Origin: Limisphaerales bacterium
Lineage (GTDB): Bacteria > Verrucomicrobiota > Verrucomicrobiia > Limisphaerales > JAJOIW01
DNA: 64,000 nt
Direction of reading: 5' to 3'
Assembly: GCA_965657355.1 (NCBI GenBank)
Contig: CBFHOE010000002.1
Span: forward strand, 128,001 to 192,000
The first letter of the stretch is position 1; each line of letters begins with the position of its first letter. The position numbers and the translations under genes were made by a program. The notes beneath the pieces are model-generated. The model saw only the letters and a program-made list of their open reading frames with translations, did not search any database and was not told the origin of the DNA. This document shows, piece by piece, positions 49,596 through 57,828 of this stretch.

Positions 49596-50837
49596 CTATG
49601 GACCCTTTTCGCAAGCCTCGACTGCCTTGCGAAAGGATTCTTTCAATTCGGGTAAGGAAATTCCAAAGGCAGCGGATATAGCCAAATCGGGCTTAATTCC
49701 AGTTACTTTTGTAAATTCCACGAGGTTTTTGCTACTAACATCCTCGTCCATTTTATTTGCCACCACAAGTTTGGTTTTTTTAATAAGACTTTGATCGTAG
49801 AGGCCCAGTTCCTCCATAAGGTGACGATAGTCCTCCCAAGGATCTCGATTATCTGCACCAGACATATCCAAAATGATTGCCAAAACACGGCATCTTTGAA
49901 TATGACGAAGAAAATCATGCCCGAGGCCGACATTCCTGTGCGCGCCATTGATCAATCCAGGAATATCACAAAGCGTAATTCTTTCATAATCCGGATATTC
50001 CAAGATTCCCACATTAGGGTGCAAAGTCGTAAAGGGATAATCCGCCACCTTAGGGGTGGCGCCTGACAACTCAGATAGGATAGTACTCTTACCCGCGTTA
50101 GGAAATCCAACAAGACCAATATCGGCAATAGTTTGCAGCTCCAGTCGAAAATCGAATTGTTCCCCCATTTCCCCAGATTGGGCAAATCGTGGAGTCTGCC
50201 GGCGTGAAGAAGAAAAATTTTTATTTCCCATTCCACCTCGACCACCTTTGCAAATCACGTGGCGCTGTCCATGATTCAGGAGGTCGACTTCAAAAACCTC
50301 TACTTTCTCATATTCTTGTTCTTCAGTAACTTCTTCGGGAAGATCCTCAAGGTCGATTTCTATTGCCTTAATTTTTCCACCATCGGTTTGAGATAAAGAG
50401 GCTACCTCACCGCCAACCTCCCTGGCGACAGTAGTCGGCAAATCCATGTCTTGAGACATTTCATCTGCCTCGTCTGTTTCATCAGGAGATTCATGAGGCG
50501 GGTCCTGCTCAAGCGATTCATTGACAGGCTTTTCAACAATCCTCCAAACTCTTGTTCCGCAAGGTACTTTAACAACAAGATCACGGCCGGACCTGCCATC
50601 CATTTTTTTACCTTTTCCGGGCAGCCCGTTTTTTGCTGTCAGCCAAGGTTGGTAAAACTGTTTTTCGAGTGAGTTTAAATCTTTGCAAGCTTCAAGAAGA
50701 ACGCTAGCACCGCGCCCGCCGTTACCACCGCTTGCCCCCCCTTTTGGCTTGAAAGCCTCTCTGTGGAAAGCCACGCAGCCAGCTCCCCCATTCCCAGCCT
50801 TCGCGTGAATTACAATATCATCTATAAACATTGCCAT
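49596..50837 (-). CDS. obgE: GTPase ObgE/CgtA
   Basis: Gly-rich Obg fold (FIDD..I...AGNGG.G); G1 GFPNAGKS, YPFTTLHP, DIPGL and NKMD; located after rpmA. Confidence 0.95.
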   Translation of the reverse strand: MAMFIDDIVIHAKAGNGGAGCVAFHREAFKPKGGASGGNGGRGASVLLEACKDLNSLEKQFYQPWLTAKNGLPGKGKKMDGRSGRDLVVKVPCGTRVWRIVEKPVNESLEQDPPHESPDETDEADEMSQDMDLPTTVAREVGGEVASLSQTDGGKIKAIEIDLEDLPEEVTEEQEYEKVEVFEVDLLNHGQRHVICKGGRGGMGNKNFSSSRRQTPRFAQSGEMGEQFDFRLELQTIADIGLVGFPNAGKSTILSELSGATPKVADYPFTTLHPNVGILEYPDYERITLCDIPGLINGAHRNVGLGHDFLRHIQRCRVLAIILDMSGADNRDPWEDYRHLMEELGLYDQSLIKKTKLVVANKMDEDVSSKNLVEFTKVTGIKPDLAISAAFGISLPELKESFRKAVEACEKGP

Positions 50838-50864
50838 AAACTTACTCCATCAAACGTCTAAACG

Positions 50865-50890
50865 AAAAAGGCGGGACTTAGCCCGCCTTT
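50865..50890 (-). terminator. Hairpin/terminator between rpmA and obgE
   Basis: AAAGGCGGG, 6 nt loop, CCCGCCTTT inverted repeat with a T-run on the minus strand. Confidence 0.65.
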
Positions 50891-50912
50891 ATCAAGAAAG
50901 TCTGTCTAGATA

Positions 50913-51176
50913 CTATTCAGATTGAGTCGAAGCCAGTGGCTCAACGCTTACCTGGCGTTTTGATTTGTGAAAAGAAACATGGCCATCAACCAGGCTGAAG
51001 AGCGTCCAGTCACGTCCAACTCCCACGTTGTTTCCTGGATGAAATTTAGACCCGCGCTGACGGACGATTATGGTGCCGGCTGAGACGAGTTCTCCACCAA
51101 ATCTTTTAACTCCAAGACGCTTACTTTCACTGTCGCGACCGTTTCTTGAACTACCTTGTCCTTTTTTATGTGCCAT
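50913..51176 (-). CDS. rpmA: 50S ribosomal protein L27 (bL27)
   Basis: [24 protein letters not shown]...GTIIVRQRG signature. Confidence 0.98.
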   Translation of the reverse strand: MAHKKGQGSSRNGRDSESKRLGVKRFGGELVSAGTIIVRQRGSKFHPGNNVGVGRDWTLFSLVDGHVSFHKSKRQVSVEPLASTQSE

Positions 51177-51203
51177 TGTAATTAGTCCTTTTCAAATTGA
51201 TGG

Positions 51204-51515
51204 TTAACCAGAGATTTTGTTAATTTTAATCACTGAGAGGTCTTGTCTGTGTCCTTTTTTCTTTCGGAACCCCTTGCGCCGCTTCATTTTGAAAGCAATC
51301 AATTTTTGACCACGTTTGTGTTCAACTATTTCTGCCTCAACACTTGCTCCGTCTAAAATTGGCGTACCCACTGATACCCCATTGTCACCATGGATCATGA
51401 AGACCTTTTCAATCTTTATTGTTGATCCAGCATCACCCTCTAGACGATTAATCTCGATGATGTCACCTTCAGTTACTCGGTGTTGTGTTCCTCCTGTTTC
51501 GATTACCGCGTGCAT
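51204..51515 (-). CDS. rplU: 50S ribosomal protein L21 (bL21)
   Basis: [14 protein letters not shown]...[17 protein letters not shown]; start refined to ATG 51515; upstream of rpmA. Confidence 0.97.
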   Translation of the reverse strand: MHAVIETGGTQHRVTEGDIIEINRLEGDAGSTIKIEKVFMIHGDNGVSVGTPILDGASVEAEIVEHKRGQKLIAFKMKRRKGFRKKKGHRQDLSVIKINKISG

Positions 51516-51544
51516 TCTTCTCAAATTGGGTCGTGAAATAAATC

Positions 51545-51576
51545 AAAAAAGGCACACCTTGTCAACAAAATGTGCC
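51545..51576 (-). terminator. Possible terminator after the prepilin-like gene
   Basis: Minus strand GGCACA, 14 nt, TGTGCC, followed by TTTTTT. The loop contains a TTGACA hexamer, which could be a -35 element for rplU. Confidence 0.45.
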
Positions 51577-51603
51577 CAAGCTTTGAACTTTTCAAAAATG
51601 AAG

Positions 51604-52437
51604 TTATCGGAAATTTGTTAAATAGGAAACATTGTCCTGCATCCATTTAACATCAACGTTGTTGGGAGATGCTATGTTAAGGGCCATTTTGTTTCTAAAT
51701 GTGACCTTTGGAGTCGTCCGACCATCCCTCCAACGCTTTAATTCGGCATGACCATCAGCAAAACTAAAACCAGCAGCATAGTTGTGGTAGCCTGCAGGGT
51801 AGTCGATAATCTTGGCACGGATGCCTTTGAGCGTGGCGTCCACGGCGAAAGCGGCGTCATTGATGCTATCAGCGTGTTCATCGACAGTCATGAAAACTCT
51901 TGATGGGAATTTGATGTTAGAAGATTTAGTGAAAAAAGCATAATAGTTGCCGGGACGAGGGGCTCCTCGGTTGAGCCAGTCAGGTTCCCTGCCTGGATTT
52001 AGATCGTAGTTAATAAATGCCTGTGACATTGAAATACTTCTGATTCTGTTGACCATTTCACCGCGATTGTTTCTTGCCATGGTGAAGTCAGCTGGGCATC
52101 TGTAGACATCCACCTGAGGAGCATATTTTCCTATCTGACCTTCGCGGAGAGTTCTTTTGTCCCAGTTGTTTCTGTTGCCGCTGTTAAAATCAACACTGCC
52201 TGTGATCCATCTGTAGGAATCAACGACATTGTCTTCACTGTCATCGGCATAGAGTTGGCAAGCGAGGGCTATTTGCTTGCTATTATTCATGCATTTAATT
52301 CCCTGTGCTTTGGTTTTGGATTTTGCCAATGCTGGCAAAATCATTGATGCCAAAATAGCTATGATAGCTATCACGACCAACAGCTCGATTAGAGTAAAAC
52401 CTTTTATGGTAGATGCACGTTTTGTTGAAGTAATCAT
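51604..52437 (-). CDS. Prepilin-type N-terminal cleavage/methylation domain protein with H-X9-DG C-terminal motif
   Basis: [34 protein letters not shown] and [15 protein letters not shown] motifs. Confidence 0.92.
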   Translation of the reverse strand: MITSTKRASTIKGFTLIELLVVIAIIAILASMILPALAKSKTKAQGIKCMNNSKQIALACQLYADDSEDNVVDSYRWITGSVDFNSGNRNNWDKRTLREGQIGKYAPQVDVYRCPADFTMARNNRGEMVNRIRSISMSQAFINYDLNPGREPDWLNRGAPRPGNYYAFFTKSSNIKFPSRVFMTVDEHADSINDAAFAVDATLKGIRAKIIDYPAGYHNYAAGFSFADGHAELKRWRDGRTTPKVTFRNKMALNIASPNNVDVKWMQDNVSYLTNFR

Positions 52438-52734
52438 AATTTACGCTTAATCATCAGAAATTAATTCAAAGTCGGAAAATGTCAATCTGCATTTAGTTCC
52501 AAATCGGGCCAGACAAATTTCAGAGCCAAAGCAATACCACATGCTACCCAGATGTTTGGAACCAGACAATCGACTAAAATTTCCGTTGTCATTTGTCACG
52601 CAGCTCTATCAATCACGTTATCTCGCCTGCATGAGGAAGCTCGTCAACAGTTTTGATTCAAAAAACGAGTAAGAATGACGCAGCTGTGCATTTGGCCTTT
52701 AAATAAACAAAACGTCTAATATTGTTCTAATATT

Positions 52735-53895
52735 ATGACCGCTAGCTTATCAGATTTTCCGCCGTTTTCATTGACCAGACTAATTAAAACGACTTTCGAA
52801 CCTGAAGGTGGGGAGAAAGTGTGCGTTTTAATAGATTTAGATGATCCAACAGAAATTAAAGACTTCGCTTTTCTAGAAGATCCAAAATTAACTGTTCAGC
52901 ATCAAGCTCACCGAGTTTTTTACAAGGGCCTCCACGAGGAAGCCATGCCAGAGCTCGGACTCACTCAAGGGGATATCTTTGCATACGAGATCACAGGAGG
53001 TAGCAACCTCGACCTCCCAGATGAGGCCTACACTCCAGACGGCAAACAAATGAGCCTTGAGAAAGACATATACACGTCGTATGACATCATTCTTTGCGTT
53101 TCCACTTTTTCCGCAACGGCTCCACTTACTGCTTTTGCTAAAAAGTATGGATTTAGGGGAGCCACCCTGCACGGGCTTAATGATATTATCATTAACAGTG
53201 GACTATCGGTTGATTATAACGAAGTAAGCCACCAGGCTGAGAAATTCAGACTGGAAATGACCAAGGCTGACCACATTGACATTGATTTTGCTGTAAGTGA
53301 CAAGAATTTTACCTTGAAACTCATTTTGAACGGGCAAGAAGCCCAAAAAAGCCATGGGCTGTGCCTGGGAAAAAAACCGGATGTCGCCAACCTGCCGGCT
53401 GGTGAGGTCTATTTTGTCCCAGAGGGAGCTGAGGGACAATTCCCCATGCGGTTTACAGACGGAACAATAGGCGTAATGAATGTGAGTGGAGGTAAAATTT
53501 CTCACGCGGATCTCTTATCGGGTAGCCAAGAAACTATCGACGCGCACAACGCCAAGATTAAAAATGATCCGGTAACGGGCGAACTTGGAGAATTAGGTTT
53601 CGGGACGCAGCTCCTCCCTGTTTCAGGCAGAGATATTCAGGATGAAAAAATACTTGGAACGCTTCATGTTGCCACGGGAAGAAGTGACCATTTGGGGGGC
53701 ACGCTGACTCCGGATAAATTCGCAGAAAGAGGGAACGCCACGCATGATGACATTTTATTTTCCCCTACCAAAACTCCTGAAATAAACATCCCTCAGGCCC
53801 GCCTGACAAAGAATGGAGAGACTAAAGTTGTTATTGAAGACTATGAACCATCTGACTTTATCCTATCTGCCATGGGCATTGCTGCCACTGCTTGA
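52735..53895 (+). CDS. Peptidase M29-like (thermophilic metalloprotease/aminopeptidase fold) protein
   Basis: NLPAGEVY, GELGFG, DEKILGTLHVATG and HDD metal-ligand pattern. Confidence 0.7.
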   Translation: MTASLSDFPPFSLTRLIKTTFEPEGGEKVCVLIDLDDPTEIKDFAFLEDPKLTVQHQAHRVFYKGLHEEAMPELGLTQGDIFAYEITGGSNLDLPDEAYTPDGKQMSLEKDIYTSYDIILCVSTFSATAPLTAFAKKYGFRGATLHGLNDIIINSGLSVDYNEVSHQAEKFRLEMTKADHIDIDFAVSDKNFTLKLILNGQEAQKSHGLCLGKKPDVANLPAGEVYFVPEGAEGQFPMRFTDGTIGVMNVSGGKISHADLLSGSQETIDAHNAKIKNDPVTGELGELGFGTQLLPVSGRDIQDEKILGTLHVATGRSDHLGGTLTPDKFAERGNATHDDILFSPTKTPEINIPQARLTKNGETKVVIEDYEPSDFILSAMGIAATA

Positions 53896-53898
53896 GTC

Positions 53899-54684
53899 AT
53901 GGAAGATTATTACGAGTCGGATAAAGGTATTACAGAATACCTTCTCTTTCACTATGGCAATGCAGGAGATATTTTTGATTTTGATGCATTTCATTTTCCT
54001 GAATTCACAAAATACCCGACGCGTTGCATAGAACATTGTTATGCTGAGCTGAAACAACCGGAAGGTACGACGTCCGCTGTTTCGCCAACTGGCAAAAGAG
54101 CCTTAGACCTAGGTTGTGCAGTTGGAGCGTCGACTTTTGAGCTTTGCCGATATCATGATGAAGTGATTGGAATTGATTATTCCCATGGTTTCATCAAGAC
54201 GGCCAACGCTCTAAAAGAATCAGGACACGTGAGGTGCTCAATAGCCGTCGAAGGAAACCAAAAGAAAGACTTCTTGGCAAAAGTCGACGAATCGATTGAC
54301 AAATCCAAAGCCCAATTCCTGCAAGGGGATGCAGGCCAGTTGGATACCTCAATCGGACAGTTCGATACCATTTTCGCAGGCAACCTGATAGACAGACTTC
54401 CCAAACCAAAGCATTTCCTGCAATCTTTGGCACAATTTTGCAAAAAAGGTGGCATCGTGATAATAACCTCTCCCTACACTTGGCTGGAAGAGTATTCACC
54501 TGAGTCAGAGTGGATTTGCAAGGAAGGTAACCCACATGTAGATACTTTCACCGGTTTGAGACAGGAATTAGAGCCACACTTCGAATTGATAGAAAATAAA
54601 AATCTACCATTTGTGTTAAGAGAGCACAGAAGAAAATTCCAGCTTACATTTGCCCATGCTACTATTTGGAGAAAGCTCAAATAA
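53899..54684 (+). CDS. SAM-dependent methyltransferase, OvoA C-terminal (putative mercaptohistidine N-methyltransferase)-like
   Basis: YYE......EYL.FHYG, RALDLGCAVG, GIDYS..FI, F.QGDA, NLIDRL..P, SPYTWLEE and PFVLREHRRKFQ follow the OvoA C-terminal domain pattern. Confidence 0.78.
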   Translation: MEDYYESDKGITEYLLFHYGNAGDIFDFDAFHFPEFTKYPTRCIEHCYAELKQPEGTTSAVSPTGKRALDLGCAVGASTFELCRYHDEVIGIDYSHGFIKTANALKESGHVRCSIAVEGNQKKDFLAKVDESIDKSKAQFLQGDAGQLDTSIGQFDTIFAGNLIDRLPKPKHFLQSLAQFCKKGGIVIITSPYTWLEEYSPESEWICKEGNPHVDTFTGLRQELEPHFELIENKNLPFVLREHRRKFQLTFAHATIWRKLK

Positions 54685-54702
54685 CAGGACGGCAAAACTC
54701 GT

Positions 54703-57684
54703 TTATTCGAAAAGACCCTTAATGATTGAACCTGGAGTTCTTGATTTTTTGTTTTTTTCAATGGATTCCGATTCCGGTCCAACACCGGGGATCAATCCAC
54801 CTACACCTTTTATGATATCCTTGGCTGCACCTGCTGGATTCTGAATAATTTCGGTGGCGTTTTCAAGCGCCTCCCCAGGCAGGCCTGCAGCCGATTTTAA
54901 AAGCATTTGGGCAATTTGCTTTTCGTTGATATTAACTTTAGGCACTTCAGAGAATGACTTCCCTACCAGCTGAACAAAGTCGGGCATAGGAACATATTTT
55001 TGAGATTCTGGCGTGTTTTTAGGAAGAAAATTAGCGCTCTCGGCTATGTCTCTCCTGAGGCTCACTGTGAGAGGGAGTTTAAATGTATTTTTCTTGAGAT
55101 TTTCTTGAATAGAAACCGTTCCATCGGCTGATATTTCAAAGGGTTCTGTAGCAACACGAGCTTTTTTGATATTCAGATTGTTACTACCGTATTCTGCATC
55201 TAGATTGATTTGATTGACAACTCCATCCAGCATGGGATCTATTCTCAAAACTGTAGCAATGGGAAGGATGACAAATTTTCTAAACCCACCAGTTATCGCC
55301 AAATTGCCCCCTCCCATATCAAGCTGGGTATTGGCTTTGAAATTATTTTTTATACTGTCGGATGTGAGTCCTTTTCCCGAAAAACCGAGGGCGAAGTCCA
55401 ATTGGCCTGTATGTTTTGATGGATCAACTTTCTGACCAAATGATGTCATCAGACTTGCCAGTGGTAGGTCACTAAAATCGACCTTTCCAGAGTATTCGTA
55501 TCCGGGAACAGAAACGTCCGCTGAGAATTTTGAATTAATCGGCATCCCTAATATATCAAACCGCAGCGGATTAACGTCGATTTTCCCATCTTTAATAGTT
55601 TTGATGAGTTCGACATTGTCCGCTGTCATTTTGTCATACACTAGCTTATCAATTTTGAGCTTGGTAACTAGGTGCTTGAAAGGAAGAGTAATAGCATCAG
55701 GCTCGGATTCTTCTTTGTCTTCTTTTGGCTCGTCTTTTTCCTCTTTATTCTCTTGGGAACTTAAACTCGTTATAAAGCCATTCAATCGGGTGAGGTCCAA
55801 ACCTTCGGAAACCACATCAAGATTTCCTTTCATATCGGGATTTTCATGACCAGGCAAGACACCCGAAATCGAAAGAGAATTCATTGGCACCTTTTCCGAT
55901 GATTTTAATGATAAATTAATGGATTCTATGTCGACTTTATCCGGCTTGATTGAGGATTTGATTTCCAAACCTAGCTTTTCTGATAGGTCGAGGTCTTTGT
56001 TGTTAACAAGGTCTGTCGTACTCGTAAGAGAGAGCTCTCCATCAGCACTGAAACCTCCGCGAGCCTGCATAGCAAGCAGGGATCCCTCGTTCCCGTCGAT
56101 TCTAAATCCAATATCCTCAGCGGAGAAATCGGCGAACTCCTGAATGGCCCCATTAACATTTATGAAAATTGAAGAATTGTAAAATGGGCTTTCCTTATCC
56201 CCAGTAGAAAATCCAGTGAGACTTGATGACAGATTTGCCTGCAAATCATCTCCATTAGATTGGGATGAAATATGCAATGTTGACTGAACCATTCCAGACA
56301 AACCTGATTGTGGGTCCTCACTATTACTCCATTTTGCCAAATCGAAGTCCTTAAGATTTAAAGAAAATTGGGTATTACTTATTATTGGCTTTTCACCACT
56401 GATATCGACTGACAAAGGCTTATTTAGATTGACATCAACAAAATTTTCCCCGGCTTCTGACATCGTTATATTAAACTCAGGAATCAGAGCCAATTTTTTG
56501 ATCGCGTCGTATGAGGATTGAATAGACAAACTGAGATCAACGGTCGGGATGGAGCCCTCATTTGTCCGCCACTGGATTGACTGGCCAGTCACACTTCCGT
56601 TGAACTGATGCTGTTTGAATTGATTCTGCGCTTTGTATTGCAAATCCAAAGATAAATTAGTCGTACCAAAGTCACCACCTGAACTTATGGCGAACAAATT
56701 CAAAACAGATTTGTTGATGTTGTTTGCTGAAAGGGATAAGTCCGCAGTCCCTTCTTTGGTATTTACAGGACCATTTCCTGCAATTTTTGCCAGAACATTC
56801 TCGGACCGACTGACAACCAGGTCAAATTTTTCTAGGGAACCAGGCTTGAATGCAACCTGAAAAGATGCAGAGACATCCGCAAGTTCTGAGAGCGCACCAG
56901 CAGCCTCATTAACACCGACGGTTATATCACCGATTAAATTCACAGGGGTCAACTTTTGGCTAAACTCCATATCAAGTCGCCCAGCCAAAGCCGCAAGAAC
57001 TTTATCCTCTCCTTTGGAACTACTCAGAGTAGAAGATATTTGCATTTTCCCTTTTTTACCATTCCCAAGCTGATCAATGGTAAAATTGAAACCTGCGACC
57101 TTCTGTGTAGCCCATGAATTGTCCTCTTGCTCAGTTTCTATTGTAATACTGGCATTACTAATGTTTACATTTTGGATAAGGACCTGAGGAATGTTGGCTG
57201 GCTGGGAGGGAGAGCCCGAATCAATCGGCTCCGTATCAGGATCTTTCGGAGCAGGCTTGAAAATCGCATCAGCACTTTTATTTTTATACCTCTTTAAGTA
57301 GATCACCGGTGATTCAACCAAGACTTTTTTTACCAATAATTCCCCACCGAAAAGTAATTTCAAAGCGTCATACCTGATATCCAGTTCTTTAATTTGCAGA
57401 ACCGGTAATTCTTGAGTTTTATCCGAAGACTGCACTTTTAGTTGTGCTAATTTAACTTGGCTTAAAGGATTAATTCTTGAGTTTCCAACCTCAATGACCC
57501 CTCCCAGCTGACTATTAATTTGAGGAAGAATTTTGTTCTGAAAAAAACCCTCGGAAGTTATGTAAGCATAAAGACCTATAAATAAAATTATTCCAAGTAA
57601 TGGAATAGCAAATAAGATCCCTATCAATTTTTTCTTTAGTCTTTTTGACTTTGGCTTTTTCTGGTGTTTTTTTTGGTCTTCCAT
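54703..57684 (-). CDS. AsmA-family protein
   Basis: Basic N-terminus, a single TM anchor, then about 950 aa of repeating beta-strand-rich sequence with AsmA-like N- and C-terminal segments. Confidence 0.7.
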   Translation of the reverse strand: MEDQKKHQKKPKSKRLKKKLIGILFAIPLLGIILFIGLYAYITSEGFFQNKILPQINSQLGGVIEVGNSRINPLSQVKLAQLKVQSSDKTQELPVLQIKELDIRYDALKLLFGGELLVKKVLVESPVIYLKRYKNKSADAIFKPAPKDPDTEPIDSGSPSQPANIPQVLIQNVNISNASITIETEQEDNSWATQKVAGFNFTIDQLGNGKKGKMQISSTLSSSKGEDKVLAALAGRLDMEFSQKLTPVNLIGDITVGVNEAAGALSELADVSASFQVAFKPGSLEKFDLVVSRSENVLAKIAGNGPVNTKEGTADLSLSANNINKSVLNLFAISSGGDFGTTNLSLDLQYKAQNQFKQHQFNGSVTGQSIQWRTNEGSIPTVDLSLSIQSSYDAIKKLALIPEFNITMSEAGENFVDVNLNKPLSVDISGEKPIISNTQFSLNLKDFDLAKWSNSEDPQSGLSGMVQSTLHISSQSNGDDLQANLSSSLTGFSTGDKESPFYNSSIFINVNGAIQEFADFSAEDIGFRIDGNEGSLLAMQARGGFSADGELSLTSTTDLVNNKDLDLSEKLGLEIKSSIKPDKVDIESINLSLKSSEKVPMNSLSISGVLPGHENPDMKGNLDVVSEGLDLTRLNGFITSLSSQENKEEKDEPKEDKEESEPDAITLPFKHLVTKLKIDKLVYDKMTADNVELIKTIKDGKIDVNPLRFDILGMPINSKFSADVSVPGYEYSGKVDFSDLPLASLMTSFGQKVDPSKHTGQLDFALGFSGKGLTSDSIKNNFKANTQLDMGGGNLAITGGFRKFVILPIATVLRIDPMLDGVVNQINLDAEYGSNNLNIKKARVATEPFEISADGTVSIQENLKKNTFKLPLTVSLRRDIAESANFLPKNTPESQKYVPMPDFVQLVGKSFSEVPKVNINEKQIAQMLLKSAAGLPGEALENATEIIQNPAGAAKDIIKGVGGLIPGVGPESESIEKNKKSRTPGSIIKGLFE

Positions 57685-57828
57685 GCTTGTTTTCAGTCAA
57701 TTGTTTTGTCTGACATACTTTGATTGGGCGATTACCAATAAGGCAATTATCGTAATTGTTTTTGAGAAAATGACAATTGACAAAAGATTAGGATTTGATG
57801 ATTTCTTCGAGACACCTAAACTGAATCT

